Assembly (NCBI GenBank): GCA_043812975.1
Contig: JBDRLP010000027.1
Coordinates: forward strand, 32,001 to 96,000
Length of the DNA stretch: 64,000 nucleotides
Origin: Candidatus Iainarchaeum sp.
GTDB taxonomy: Archaea > Iainarchaeota > Iainarchaeia > Iainarchaeales > Iainarchaeaceae
Reading direction: 5' to 3'
In this document: piece after piece, positions 10,147 to 20,056 of the stretch
Layout: each line of letters begins with the position of its first letter
Position numbering within the stretch: the first letter of the stretch is position 1
Position numbers and translations under genes: made by a program
The notes under the pieces: generated by a model
The model's input: only the letters and a program-made list of their open reading frames with translations
The model's database searches: none
Told to the model about the DNA's origin: nothing

Positions 10147-10593
10147 TCAGTGCTTATGCGGTGTTCTTTTTATTCTTTCATGCTTTTCTGTTAGTTCTAG
10201 TGGTATCTCCATGCTATTTTTTTCTAAATAATTATAAATTGCTTCTATTAGTGCGTCAGTGGCCAGAATGGAGCAATGTAATTTTACTGCAGGAAGGCCC
10301 CCTAATTCGTCAGCAACTTCTTGTTTGGTCAGGTTACTGGCTTCGTTAATTGTTTTCCCCTTTGCCAGTTCAGTTACCATTGAAGAGGTTGCTATTGCTG
10401 CTGCGCATCCCATTGTTTTGAATTTTACGTCCTCAAGAATTGTTTCATTGTTCGTATTTTTCCCTACTTTAATATAAACCCACATAACATCTCCGCATAC
10501 TGGGTTTCCAACCTTTCCAATTCCATCAGCTTCTTTTATTTCACCCATGTTTCTTGGGTTTCTGAAGTGATCCATTACTTTTTCACTGTACAT
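10147..10593 (-). CDS. iscU: Fe-S scaffold IscU/NifU-N
   Basis: YSEKVMDHF.NPRN, GNPVCGD, GCAAAIA, KLHCS. Confidence 0.93.
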   Translation of the reverse strand: MYSEKVMDHFRNPRNMGEIKEADGIGKVGNPVCGDVMWVYIKVGKNTNNETILEDVKFKTMGCAAAIATSSMVTELAKGKTINEASNLTKQEVADELGGLPAVKLHCSILATDALIEAIYNYLEKNSMEIPLELTEKHERIKRTPHKH

Positions 10594-11743
10594 TTTTTAG
10601 CCCCCCCATAGGGCTCATTTCCCTGAGTTTTTCCACGGTTTCCTTGATACTTTTTATTGCATATTCTATTTCCTTTTCATTGTTGTCCTTTCCAAGTGTC
10701 AGTCTTAAACTTCCATGTGAGACTTCCGGTTTGAGGCCTATAGCGATTAGAACATGACTTGGTTTAAGGGAATTTGTTGAGCATGCTGATCCTGTTGAAC
10801 CCATTATACCTTTTGCATCAAGCATGAGGACAAGTGATTCTCCCTCGATGTAGTCGAACGAAAAATGGACATTATTTGCCAGTCTGTTTTTTCTGTCCCC
10901 GTTTAGCTTTGTGTCGGGTATCTCGAGGATTTTTTTTATTAAAATTTCCCTGAGTTTTTCCATTTTTTCTACATCCCTTTTCATTGTTGTTTCTGAAGCT
11001 TTTGCAAAACCAACTATTCCCGCAATATTTTCTGTTCCCGACCTGAGTTTTTTTTCATGACCTCCTCCGTGATGCAGTGCATCTATTTTTGTCCCTTTTT
11101 TGATGTATAGTGCCCCGACTCCTTTTGGACCATAAATTTTATGTGAATTAATTGTAACCAAATCAAGTTTTTGCTTTTTTACATCCAAGGGAACCTTTGT
11201 AAATGACTGACATGCATCAGTGTGAAAGTAAACCTTGTTCTCATTACAGATTCTGCTTATTTCTTCTATCGGCTCTATAGTTCCTATCTCGTTGTTGGCA
11301 TGAATAACCGAGACCAGTATAGTATCTTTCCTTAAGGATTTTTTTAATTCATCTATCTTTACAAATCCTTTTTCATCCACTGGAAGGTAAGTAACTTCGA
11401 AACCCTGTTTTTCAAGCCACTTGCAGGAATTCAGGACACAATCATGTTCTATTTGAGTTGTAATAATGTGCTTTCCTTTTTCTTTGTTTGCGAACGCTAT
11501 TCCTTTTAATGCAAGATTGTTTGACTCTGTTCCGCCTGAAGTAAAAATTATTTCCTCCGGATCCGCATTAAGTTTTCTTGCAATTGTTTTCCTTGCTTTT
11601 TCCAATGCCTGTTTTACTTTTCTTCCTTCGGAGTGAAGTGAGGATGCGTTTCCGAAATTTTTGTCAAAATAAGGAGCCATCGCGCTTATTACTTGTTTAT
11701 CAACTTTTGTTGTCGCGGCGTTATCAAGATAAATTTTTTTCAT
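10583..11743 (-). CDS. iscS: Cysteine desulfurase
   Basis: IYLDNAATT, SHKIYGPKG, STGSAC; start reassigned to MKKIYLD. Confidence 0.93.
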   Translation of the reverse strand: MKKIYLDNAATTKVDKQVISAMAPYFDKNFGNASSLHSEGRKVKQALEKARKTIARKLNADPEEIIFTSGGTESNNLALKGIAFANKEKGKHIITTQIEHDCVLNSCKWLEKQGFEVTYLPVDEKGFVKIDELKKSLRKDTILVSVIHANNEIGTIEPIEEISRICNENKVYFHTDACQSFTKVPLDVKKQKLDLVTINSHKIYGPKGVGALYIKKGTKIDALHHGGGHEKKLRSGTENIAGIVGFAKASETTMKRDVEKMEKLREILIKKILEIPDTKLNGDRKNRLANNVHFSFDYIEGESLVLMLDAKGIMGSTGSACSTNSLKPSHVLIAIGLKPEVSHGSLRLTLGKDNNEKEIEYAIKSIKETVEKLREMSPMGGLKNVQ

Positions 11744-12072
11744 TTTTTGTTTCTCTCCCTGGTTTCTTTCATGATTTGGTGAGGTGCGTTGAATTCTTTG
11801 CATATAAAACATTTTCTTTCGGAGTTGTTGTTTTTTTCTATGATTGAATCTGCCAGTTTTCTGATTTTTGCCATGTCGGTTTTGCTGAACTCGTGTTTTT
11901 TCCCTCTTTTGTTTTTTAGATATTGGCATATGGCGGCTTCAGTGAGCCCGAGTTTTGATGCAACTGCTTTTCTTGACATTTCCTTATCTTTTATAAGGTA
12001 AAGTGCGATTTCTCTTCTCATTGCTGGAAGAATTTTCCAGTTTACTAGTTCGCAAGGGAATGTTAAATCCAT
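11740..12072 (-). CDS. HTH transcriptional regulator with Cys motifs, first gene of isc operon
   Basis: PCE...LPAMRREIA, VASKLGLTEAAICQYL, CFIC. Confidence 0.8.
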   Translation of the reverse strand: MDLTFPCELVNWKILPAMRREIALYLIKDKEMSRKAVASKLGLTEAAICQYLKNKRGKKHEFSKTDMAKIRKLADSIIEKNNNSERKCFICKEFNAPHQIMKETRERNKK

Positions 12073-12205
12073 AAAAATACCACTTATTAACAATTGTTAA
12101 TACTGTTTTTAAATTTGTTGGTCCATTTCCCATTTTCTTTTTCAATTACATTCATGTTTGCTTTTACGTGGGCATTTTAAAGCATTTTGTTATTTTAGTT
12201 GAAAG

Positions 12206-12856
12206 ATGAGTAAATTAAAAGAAATGAAAAAAACTAAAGAACAATCTGACTCAAGTCCAATTTACACTATTATAGGAATTGCGGTTATACTGATTGGAAT
12301 TGCTGTGGTTTATTTGGCTTTATTTGGTTCAGCTCCGGTAATTGATCTTGATCAGTTAGAAGGAAACGGTCACTTTAAGGGCAATCCTGATGCGCAAGTC
12401 AGAATTGTTGAGTTTTCAGATTTCCAGTGTCCAGCCTGTGGTTTTGGTTTTGATCAACTACAACAAGTTTTGCCTCAGTACTTGGATAAAATAAAACTAA
12501 CTTTCCGACACATGCCTTTGAGCAATATTCACCCTTATGCGCAAAAAGCAGGTGAAGCTTCTGAGTGTGCTGCTGATCAGGATAAATTTTGGGAAATGCA
12601 CGATACACTTTTTACAAATCAGGATAATCTGAAAATTGCAGACTTAAAATCTTATGCTCAGCAATTAGGCCTTAATCAGGAAGAGTTTGATGTTTGTTTA
12701 GATTCAAGTAAATATGCTTCAAAAGTGGCTTCTGACTTTTCTTACGGTGCATCAATTGGAGTTAATTCAACCCCGACATTTTATGTTAACGGAGAAAAGT
12801 TTTCAAATCTGACAGCTGAAGAATGGAAACAAGTTTTAGATTCAAGATTAGCTTGA
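12206..12856 (+). CDS. Membrane-anchored DsbA-family thioredoxin-fold protein
   Basis: EFSDFQCPAC, STPTFYVNG, N-terminal TM. Confidence 0.9.
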   Translation: MSKLKEMKKTKEQSDSSPIYTIIGIAVILIGIAVVYLALFGSAPVIDLDQLEGNGHFKGNPDAQVRIVEFSDFQCPACGFGFDQLQQVLPQYLDKIKLTFRHMPLSNIHPYAQKAGEASECAADQDKFWEMHDTLFTNQDNLKIADLKSYAQQLGLNQEEFDVCLDSSKYASKVASDFSYGASIGVNSTPTFYVNGEKFSNLTAEEWKQVLDSRLA

Positions 12857-13011
12857 ATAATTCAACTTAGAAAAAGAATTGATATTTATATCTTTCCATT
12901 ATAGAGTATAATATTGCATCTGTTTTAGGGGTTAGAAACCTTTATATAGCACCTAAACACAATATATGTAATCGATTAATGTTAACAAGTTAACTTTTGG
13001 AGGTTTTAGGA

Positions 13012-13761
13012 TTGGATGAAAAATTATATTTATCAGTAAGTTTAATTGTTTCTGCATTAGTTTTATCAGGGGCAATTTTTTTAGTAGGAAATAGTGTCAA
13101 TGATAACCTAACCGGTTTAACCGTTGCAATAGAAAATTCTTCTGCGCCAGTAGCAGCAGGAAATAATGATGGTTCAGGAGATACAGGAACAGTGGCTCCG
13201 CCTGAACAACCAATAGCTCCATCAAATCCAACAATAGATATGGAAGCACTTTTGGATGATGATGCTGTTGAAGGAAATGCTGATGCACCAATAACAATTG
13301 TTGAGTTTTCAGATTTCCAGTGTCCGTTCTGTAGTAGATTTTACACAGATACTTTAGGCAAGTTAAGAGAAAACTATGTTGATACAGGAAAAGTAAAAAT
13401 AATTTACAGGGACTTTCCATTAAGTTTCCATCCTGAAGCAACACCAGCCGCTGAAGCTGCCGAGTGTGCTGGAGATCAGGGAAAATTCTATGAAATGCAT
13501 GACAAGATTTTTGAAAATCAGGAATCTATAAGTGCTGCATCATACAAACAATGGGCTGCTGATCTTGGCCTTAACACAGAACAATTCAATTCTTGTGTTG
13601 ATGATGGCACTCACGCTGCTGAAGTAAGAGCAGACTTTGCAGATGGACAGGCCGCAGGAGTTTCAGGAACACCAACTTTCTTTATCAACGGCCAGAAAGT
13701 TGTCGGAGCTCAACCATACAGTGTATTTGAACAAATAATAGAAGCAGAACTCGCAAACTAA
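13012..13761 (+). CDS. Membrane-anchored DsbA-family protein (second paralog)
   Basis: EFSDFQCPFC, GTPTFFING; TTG start after GGAGG. Confidence 0.9.
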   Translation: MDEKLYLSVSLIVSALVLSGAIFLVGNSVNDNLTGLTVAIENSSAPVAAGNNDGSGDTGTVAPPEQPIAPSNPTIDMEALLDDDAVEGNADAPITIVEFSDFQCPFCSRFYTDTLGKLRENYVDTGKVKIIYRDFPLSFHPEATPAAEAAECAGDQGKFYEMHDKIFENQESISAASYKQWAADLGLNTEQFNSCVDDGTHAAEVRADFADGQAAGVSGTPTFFINGQKVVGAQPYSVFEQIIEAELAN

Positions 13762-13906
13762 TTGCGGGTTCCAAATTTCTTTTTTTAGTATCCTTTAAAT
13801 AGTTTAAAATACTTTATTTTTTTATGGGAAAAGTTAGAAATTTCTTTCTTAGAGTTCCTCTTGTGTCAAAATTTTTTAATAGAAGAAAATCAGAAAGGAG
13901 AACTGG

Positions 13907-14062
13907 TCAAGAATCAAGGGAAGGTTCTACTTTAACTTTTTCAGCTTCGCTTAAACCCTTATCACTTGGTATTAAAATTATTTTTTCAGTGGGAAATTCC
14001 CGTAGTCCCACAAATAATGTTTCAGTGTTTCCTCCTAAAGGAGCAATAATTATGGTTTTCAT
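13907..14062 (-). pseudogene. Truncated 51-aa N-terminus of a CARF-like (DUF6293/Csa3-type) regulator
   Basis: Hand-translated MKTIIIAPLGGNTETLFVGLREFPTEKIILIPSDKGLSEAEKVKVEPSLDS*. Confidence 0.5.
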
Positions 14063-14210
14063 GTAAATACTATTGTTTTTTAATTTTAAAAGGAGTTGTT
14101 GAATGTATTCAACTATATTTAAATCAGTTAATGTAAGTTTTAATATGGGATTTAAGCCATAATTAATGTTAAATAAGAGGTTTACTCTGTATATTTAGAG
14201 GTTTTTGATT

Positions 14211-14444
14211 ATGAGTGAAGTAACAATATACACAACCCCTACCTGTGTTTACTGTAACCTTGCTAAGGAGTTTTTTAAAGAAAATAAAATCGAATACAAA
14301 CAAGTGGATGTTTCAACTGATTCACAGAAAGCTCAGGAAATGTTTGAAAAATCAGGGCAGATGGGAGTTCCTGTAATAGAAATTGACGGTAAAATAATAA
14401 TTGGGTTTGATAAGGAATCAATTAAAGAAGCTTTAGGCATTTAA
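14211..14444 (+). CDS. Glutaredoxin-like protein (YruB/NrdH type)
   Basis: YTTPTCVYC, GVPVI. Confidence 0.9.
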   Translation: MSEVTIYTTPTCVYCNLAKEFFKENKIEYKQVDVSTDSQKAQEMFEKSGQMGVPVIEIDGKIIIGFDKESIKEALGI

Positions 14445-14464
14445 TTTTTTCAGGATCTGATTTG

Positions 14465-15364
14465 ATGGAAAAGTACGATTTTATTATTGTTGGAGCTGGT
14501 TCTGCTGGGTTACCTGCTGCAGTTTATGCTGCAAGATTTAAACTAAAAACATTAGTAATAGGGGCAGTTGTTGGTGGAACAATAATTAATACTCACGTTG
14601 TTGAAAACTGGCCCGGCATTATTGAGGTTTCTGGCTGGGACTTAATGGAAAAACTAAAAGAACACGTTAAAGCCAATGATGTTGAAATTGTAAATGATAA
14701 AGTTATTGATGTCAAAAAAGAAAATAATTTTTTCATTGTAAAAACTAATGAAAAAGAATTCAAGGCAAAAACAATTCTTATTGCAACAGGAACTGAAAGA
14801 AAAAAACTGAATGTTAAAGGCGAAAAAGAATTCACAAACAAAGGAGTTAGTTATTGCGCTGTTTGTGATGGGGCCTTATTTAAAGACAAAATTGTTAGCG
14901 TCATTGGCGGATCAGATTCTGCAGCAAAAGAAGCATTATTCTTATCAGAGCATGCAAAAAAAGTTTACATTATTTACAGGGGGACAAAGATTAAAGCCGA
15001 ACCAATTAATGCTGAGCGTGTTGAAAAAAACAGCAAGATAGAAATTCTTTACGAAAAAAATATTAGTGAAATTTTTGGAGAACAACTGGTTACTGGCATT
15101 AAGTTCAAGGAAGGCGGAGAACTAAAATTATCCGCAGTATTTGTAGAGGTAGGTGCAATTCCAAATTCTGAGTTAGCGGAAAAACTTGGGGTTAAACTTA
15201 CTGATAAAAAGGAAATAATTATTGATGCTGAAAGCAAGACAAACGTTCCCGGGGTTTTTGCGGCAGGAGATGTTGGTAATAAACATTTCAAACAGGCAAT
15301 CACAGGAGCCTCTGAAGGCGTCATTGCAGCTTTTTCAGCTTATGAGTACATTAACAGTAAATAA
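14465..15364 (+). CDS. trxB: Thioredoxin reductase
   Basis: GAGSAG, GVSYCAVCDG, VFAAGD. Confidence 0.92.
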   Translation: MEKYDFIIVGAGSAGLPAAVYAARFKLKTLVIGAVVGGTIINTHVVENWPGIIEVSGWDLMEKLKEHVKANDVEIVNDKVIDVKKENNFFIVKTNEKEFKAKTILIATGTERKKLNVKGEKEFTNKGVSYCAVCDGALFKDKIVSVIGGSDSAAKEALFLSEHAKKVYIIYRGTKIKAEPINAERVEKNSKIEILYEKNISEIFGEQLVTGIKFKEGGELKLSAVFVEVGAIPNSELAEKLGVKLTDKKEIIIDAESKTNVPGVFAAGDVGNKHFKQAITGASEGVIAAFSAYEYINSK

Positions 15365-15396
15365 TCCTAATGATATAATCCCGAACAAGATTCAAT

Positions 15397-16095
15397 TTAA
15401 ACAAGAAGCTTTACTAATTGTGCAACAATTAAACTGATAAAAAACCCAGTCACAAAAAATGAAAGCTTTCCTTCTTTTTTGTAAGGAAGCATATCCCTAA
15501 TACTCACATAAAGCAAAGCCCCAAGCACAAGGGAAAACACGATATAGTAAAGAGTTTTATCCGGGTGCAATAAACCTGCAAAAATAACCCCTAGTAACGG
15601 AGCAATGGAAAGTAAAATATTCACTGTTTGACTTTGTTTGAAATAATTATCAATATGGGTTAATGATACTGATGATGCTAAAGTATGAAGAAGTAAAGCA
15701 AAATAAATCACGATTCCAAGTAACATGTTTGTTGACTGGAAAGCAAACACTATTGCTATTCCTACCACAAAATGGTCAATAAAAAAACCAATTGCATGAA
15801 CCTCAGCAAGATCTTTCATTAGTTTATCTTTGTCCGTAATATGCTGATAAATAAATTTTTCCGATACGTGGAACAAAACAAATCCAAGAATTAAGAGAAT
15901 AAAAATATTATCCCCGATAAAATTCTGTCCTTTGAAGAATTCAGGCATCAAAAAAACAAAAATTTGAGTAATAAATAATCCTGCTGAAAAACTGATTAGT
16001 TCATCATGGAATTTTTCAATTTTATTAGAAAATCTTTCGGAAAAATAATGCAATAAACTTAAAATTGCGGCTAAAGTAATTTCAAAGAAAACCAT
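15397..16095 (-). CDS. ZIP-family-like metal transporter
   Basis: Multiple TMs, ISFSAG, His-bearing helices, LYVSIRDMLP. Confidence 0.7.
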   Translation of the reverse strand: MVFFEITLAAILSLLHYFSERFSNKIEKFHDELISFSAGLFITQIFVFLMPEFFKGQNFIGDNIFILLILGFVLFHVSEKFIYQHITDKDKLMKDLAEVHAIGFFIDHFVVGIAIVFAFQSTNMLLGIVIYFALLLHTLASSVSLTHIDNYFKQSQTVNILLSIAPLLGVIFAGLLHPDKTLYYIVFSLVLGALLYVSIRDMLPYKKEGKLSFFVTGFFISLIVAQLVKLLV

Positions 16096-16365
16096 GGAAA
16101 GTATATGTTTTAACTGGTTAAAAAAGTTTACATGTTGTTTTAATTTTTTCAATCATTTTTGAATGATTAAACATAAGTATTTATTTGATTAATAATCCCA
16201 ATTACTGCTGATTTAACGGAAGTGTTTCCAATATGAATGGCGGTGGTGGTTGCGGTTATTAAAGTAGCTAAATAAAATTCCCTGCAGACTAATGCATTTT
16301 GCATTTGGATGTACCCTGCATTTGGATGCAGGTAAATAAATACTCTTTTCTTCTAATTTTTTATT

Positions 16366-17355
16366 ATGGAAAAAATACCAATTAAAGGAGATTCAGAAAA
16401 TCAGGTTTTTGATGCCTTAAAAAAAGCCTGTTCAGGAGTAGAATTTAGTTCTTTTGAAGTAGGTGTTTCTAGTGATTCACTAGAAACTAAATATGAAATA
16501 AGAAAAAAATCAATCGATTTTATAAAATCCACGTTCAAAACAAAACACGACCCTGAAAATTTTGAAATCTATATTCTAATTCACTTTGATCGAGGATTTA
16601 TTGAAGCTACTCCTACAAATGTTCTTGTTGAAGGGGCTTATAATAAAGTTTCAAGAGAAATTGCTCAGACCTTTCATTATTGTTTTAAGTGCAGGGGCAG
16701 GGGTTGCAAAAAATGTAACAAAACAGGAAAACTTTCAGAGGAATCAGTTCAGGAACTAATAGAAAAAATAGTTCTGCCGGAGTTTAAATCATCTGAATCT
16801 AAATTTCATGGTTGTGGAAGAGAAGACAAAGATGTTTTGATGTTGGGTAAAGGAAGGCCTTTTGTAATAGAATTGGTCGAACCAAAAAAACGTTCAGTTA
16901 ATTTGAAGAAACTTGAAGATACAATTAATTCAAAAAATAAGAACAAGATTTCAGTTAATGGTGTAAAGTTTGTTGAAAAGCAAAGGATTGTAGAAATAAA
17001 AAATACGCCATTTGAAAAAATTTATCTTGCAAAATGTTCGTGTTCAGAAATTTCAAAAAAAGAAACTGAATCGCTAATTAATAAAGAAATAAAGATTATT
17101 CAGCGTACTCCTGTTCGAGTTGAAAAAAGACGGGTTGATAAGGAACGTGAAAAAACAGCAAAAATAATTAAAGCAGAAATTCTAAACAAAAAAGAATTTT
17201 TATTAGAAATACTTTCATCGCATGGTCTTTATATTAAAGAGTTTATTTCTGGAGATGAAAAAAGAACTGAACCGAGCATTTCTTCTATGCTCGGAAAAGA
17301 ATGTATTTGTAAAGAACTTGCTGTTTTAGAAATAGTGTTACCTAAAAAAAATTAG
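16366..17355 (+). CDS. pus10: tRNA pseudouridine(54/55) synthase Pus10
   Basis: FHGCGREDKDV, GRPFVIE, QRTP.RV, GLYIKEFISGD. Confidence 0.9.
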   Translation: MEKIPIKGDSENQVFDALKKACSGVEFSSFEVGVSSDSLETKYEIRKKSIDFIKSTFKTKHDPENFEIYILIHFDRGFIEATPTNVLVEGAYNKVSREIAQTFHYCFKCRGRGCKKCNKTGKLSEESVQELIEKIVLPEFKSSESKFHGCGREDKDVLMLGKGRPFVIELVEPKKRSVNLKKLEDTINSKNKNKISVNGVKFVEKQRIVEIKNTPFEKIYLAKCSCSEISKKETESLINKEIKIIQRTPVRVEKRRVDKEREKTAKIIKAEILNKKEFLLEILSSHGLYIKEFISGDEKRTEPSISSMLGKECICKELAVLEIVLPKKN

Positions 17356-17454
17356 ATATCCTCTATCCCCCGCTCCGCCACCGTTGCGTCGGTGGGGTAC
17401 GCGTCCACCTCACTTGTGTTCGGTAGGACTAAATATCCTCTATCCCCCGCTCCG
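17356..17454. repeat. 22-bp direct repeat of radA 3' end flanking a GC-rich hairpin insert
   Basis: atatcctctatcccccgctccg at 17356-17377 and 17433-17454; hairpin ccaccg-ttgcgt-cggtgg between. Confidence 0.9.
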
Positions 17455-19912
17455 TTACCCTGTAAATGGCTTCTCCGTCAGGTAATGAAGGGCTATCAAC
17501 TAATTTTGCAACTCTTTTATCTTCCTTGCTTTTCCTCAAATACAGTCTTGTTTTGGAAGCGTGTGCAACCACGTTTCCTCCAACAGGTGCTGTTGGGTCA
17601 CCAAACATTATGTCAGGTCTCTCCATAACCTGGTTTGTTACAAGCACTACAACATTTGACATTTCTGCAAGCTTTTGCAGAGTGCGCATATGTGTGTTAA
17701 GTTTCTGTTGTCTTTCTGCAAGAGTTCCTCTTCCAACGAACTCAGATCTGAATTGTGCCATGAGAGAATCCACTATAACGAGTTTAATATTTTTCTCTTT
17801 CACGAGTTCTGATGCTTTTTCAGCCAATAACATTTGGTGGTCACTATTGTATGCTCTTGCCACATAAATGTTTTTCAAAACTTCTTCAGAGTCAAGTCCC
17901 TGGGCTTCTGCAATTGCAACAATTCTTTCAGGCCTGAAACTGTTTTCGGAATCAATGTAAAGACATGATCCGTCTAAACCTCCTTTTTCTTTTGGTAATT
18001 GTACTGTTACTGCTGTTTGAAAACACCATTGGGTGTTATGCAAGTACACTGGTTTGTTTCCGCCTATGAAACTGTGCACTCCCGGAACCACTAAATCATA
18101 CACCCAGTCATTATATTTTGTGTTGCTAATTTTTGTTATTTTTTCCCATTTTACCTTGCTTTTATGGATTAGTTCAAGCATTCCAAGGTCTTTTTTGAGT
18201 TCTTTGTTTTCAATTAATGTATTTGTCATTTTTGCGAGTGTTTCTGTAATTTCACCTGCTTTTTGCGAACTCATTTTTCTGCTAATGTAGTTTTGGAATG
18301 TGCTTTTGTTCAGATTCATTTCATTTCTTATTTCTTCTGTACTAAAAGGGAGCAGTTCCAATGCTTTGAATACGTGTTTTTTTGAGGGGGTTTCCAGAAA
18401 TTCTTTTGCTTCCCTTATTTCCCACAGCCTTGTTTTGAAAAAATCCTGCATGTCCTCAAGAGTTTTGTGCGTTATTCTTTCCATTGCAGGTTTTTTTGCA
18501 AAAAAACTCACAAACAGTGTTTTGTATCCCTTGTTAAACATTGTTTTTTTGTTCCACTTATTGAATCTTCTTCTTGAACCGCTTAGTTTTGAATAGATTC
18601 TTTTGTAAACAGGTTCAATTGCTTTTAAGGGCAAGCAATATTTTGTCGAAATATTTTTTCCACCGGTAAGCAAATCCTCTTTTTTTATTAAACTATACTC
18701 TTTCATTAGTTTGCCAATAATCATTTTTGCTTTTGGTTCTGTTATAAAGTTTTTGTAAAACTCTTTTTCTTTAATAATGCTTGTTTTTGCCGTAACACTA
18801 ACTCCTGTTCTTGAGAACAAGTAAGCAAGTCCTGTGCTTAATTTTTTCGATCTTGTCCCTGTAATAATACTATTGCTAATTTCCCCGTCACCATCAAGGT
18901 AACCTGCCAAAAATGATTTTATTGTTTCTTCTTTTGCAGTTAAAATTTCTTCTGGGACAAATTTTGTGTAGGAATTGGTTTTGCCAAGTTCTTTCAGGAA
19001 TTCTTTTGTTGGTTTTTGGAAAATAATTAATTGTTTTTTTTCATTAAAAGATGGGGTGTAACCGAATCTTTTTTCAATGTAATTAAGTATCCACTTTTGT
19101 GCTTTTTTGTTAAAAATTGTTATACTGCAAGGATTAGCACAGCCTTCTGCTGAAAACAACCCTAAAAAGTAAGCGTCATCTATTGAAAGTTCTTTTCCTT
19201 CAAAATCAATTTTTTCAGGCACTCCAATAAAATCCCCTTCTTTCAGAAGGCCACTCGATTTCCATCGAATTCCTTCTTCATCGATAGTAAGGAGAGGGTG
19301 ATTTTCTGTTAATTTTATTTCTGCTCCTCTTTCGGTTTCAATTGCCCTGAGTGTTTCACAATACTCTTTGAACAACTTTGAAGCAGACGCTTTTTTCGGG
19401 TTTCCTTGTTTGTCTATTCCAATTACTTGAACAGGTTTTTTTAATTCCGCTAAATAACCTCCATCAAATTTCTTTTCATTAACCGCATAATTTTCGTACA
19501 CTTCCTCAATTGACCTCAAATGTGCCCTATCAGGATTAAAATAAAGAATGTTAGTGTCCTTTGAAACACATTTTCCTGAAGCAAACTTTCCATAAATTTC
19601 TGTAATGCTTTGGGTTTCTATTCCACCGCCTATGAGATTATCTACTTCTTTACTTCCCATAGTTAGTTTTCCTACGAGTTTTCTTTTTTCAGCTAAAACA
19701 GATGCGGATTCATAACCCATTTCTAAAGCATCCCTTGCTGCTTTGATTGCTTTATCAGCTGTGCCATCCCCCAATCCAGCTATTTCCTTTAATTCCTTTG
19801 GAGATGCAACTGCAATATTTTCCAGGGTTTTGTAGCCTGCATTAATTAGTTTTTCACTTGCCAGTGGTCCTACACCAGGCAAATCTTCGATTTTTTTAAT
19901 TTCTTTAGTCAT
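17429..19912 (-). CDS. radA: DNA repair recombinase RadA with intein
   Basis: HhH N-domain, GGGIETQSITEIYGKFASGK|intein|TQ, VDSLMAQFRSE, TNQV. Confidence 0.95.
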   Translation of the reverse strand: MTKEIKKIEDLPGVGPLASEKLINAGYKTLENIAVASPKELKEIAGLGDGTADKAIKAARDALEMGYESASVLAEKRKLVGKLTMGSKEVDNLIGGGIETQSITEIYGKFASGKCVSKDTNILYFNPDRAHLRSIEEVYENYAVNEKKFDGGYLAELKKPVQVIGIDKQGNPKKASASKLFKEYCETLRAIETERGAEIKLTENHPLLTIDEEGIRWKSSGLLKEGDFIGVPEKIDFEGKELSIDDAYFLGLFSAEGCANPCSITIFNKKAQKWILNYIEKRFGYTPSFNEKKQLIIFQKPTKEFLKELGKTNSYTKFVPEEILTAKEETIKSFLAGYLDGDGEISNSIITGTRSKKLSTGLAYLFSRTGVSVTAKTSIIKEKEFYKNFITEPKAKMIIGKLMKEYSLIKKEDLLTGGKNISTKYCLPLKAIEPVYKRIYSKLSGSRRRFNKWNKKTMFNKGYKTLFVSFFAKKPAMERITHKTLEDMQDFFKTRLWEIREAKEFLETPSKKHVFKALELLPFSTEEIRNEMNLNKSTFQNYISRKMSSQKAGEITETLAKMTNTLIENKELKKDLGMLELIHKSKVKWEKITKISNTKYNDWVYDLVVPGVHSFIGGNKPVYLHNTQWCFQTAVTVQLPKEKGGLDGSCLYIDSENSFRPERIVAIAEAQGLDSEEVLKNIYVARAYNSDHQMLLAEKASELVKEKNIKLVIVDSLMAQFRSEFVGRGTLAERQQKLNTHMRTLQKLAEMSNVVVLVTNQVMERPDIMFGDPTAPVGGNVVAHASKTRLYLRKSKEDKRVAKLVDSPSLPDGEAIYRVTERGIEDI
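18035..19570 (-). mobile_element. 512-aa LAGLIDADG intein in RadA Walker A
   Basis: Starts CVSKDT, block B TENHP, FLGLFSAEG and FLAGYLDGDG, ends VYDL...LHN/T. Confidence 0.93.
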
Positions 19913-20009
19913 TTTGGTTCCTCCCTAAAACCTGTACCTTTGCGAGGAATCTCCTTTGACCTAGAGTTCCACCTGAGCACGGTCTTTTCATTAAAATAAG
20001 TGCTTTTGA

Positions 20010-20044
20010 TTTATAAATACTTTTAGGGTTAGTTGCCGGTGTGG
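20010..20044 (-). promoter_or_regulatory. radA promoter: CCACACCGGCAA, 15 nt, TTTATAAA
   Basis: Motif 20044-20033; TATA-like box 20017-20010. Confidence 0.65.
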
Positions 20045-20056
20045 GATTTTATTAGT

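Noticed and set aside
11744..11929. N-terminal extension of IscS in the ORF track
   Set aside because: Alternate frame of the upstream regulator; the family start MKKIYLD overlaps the regulator stop.
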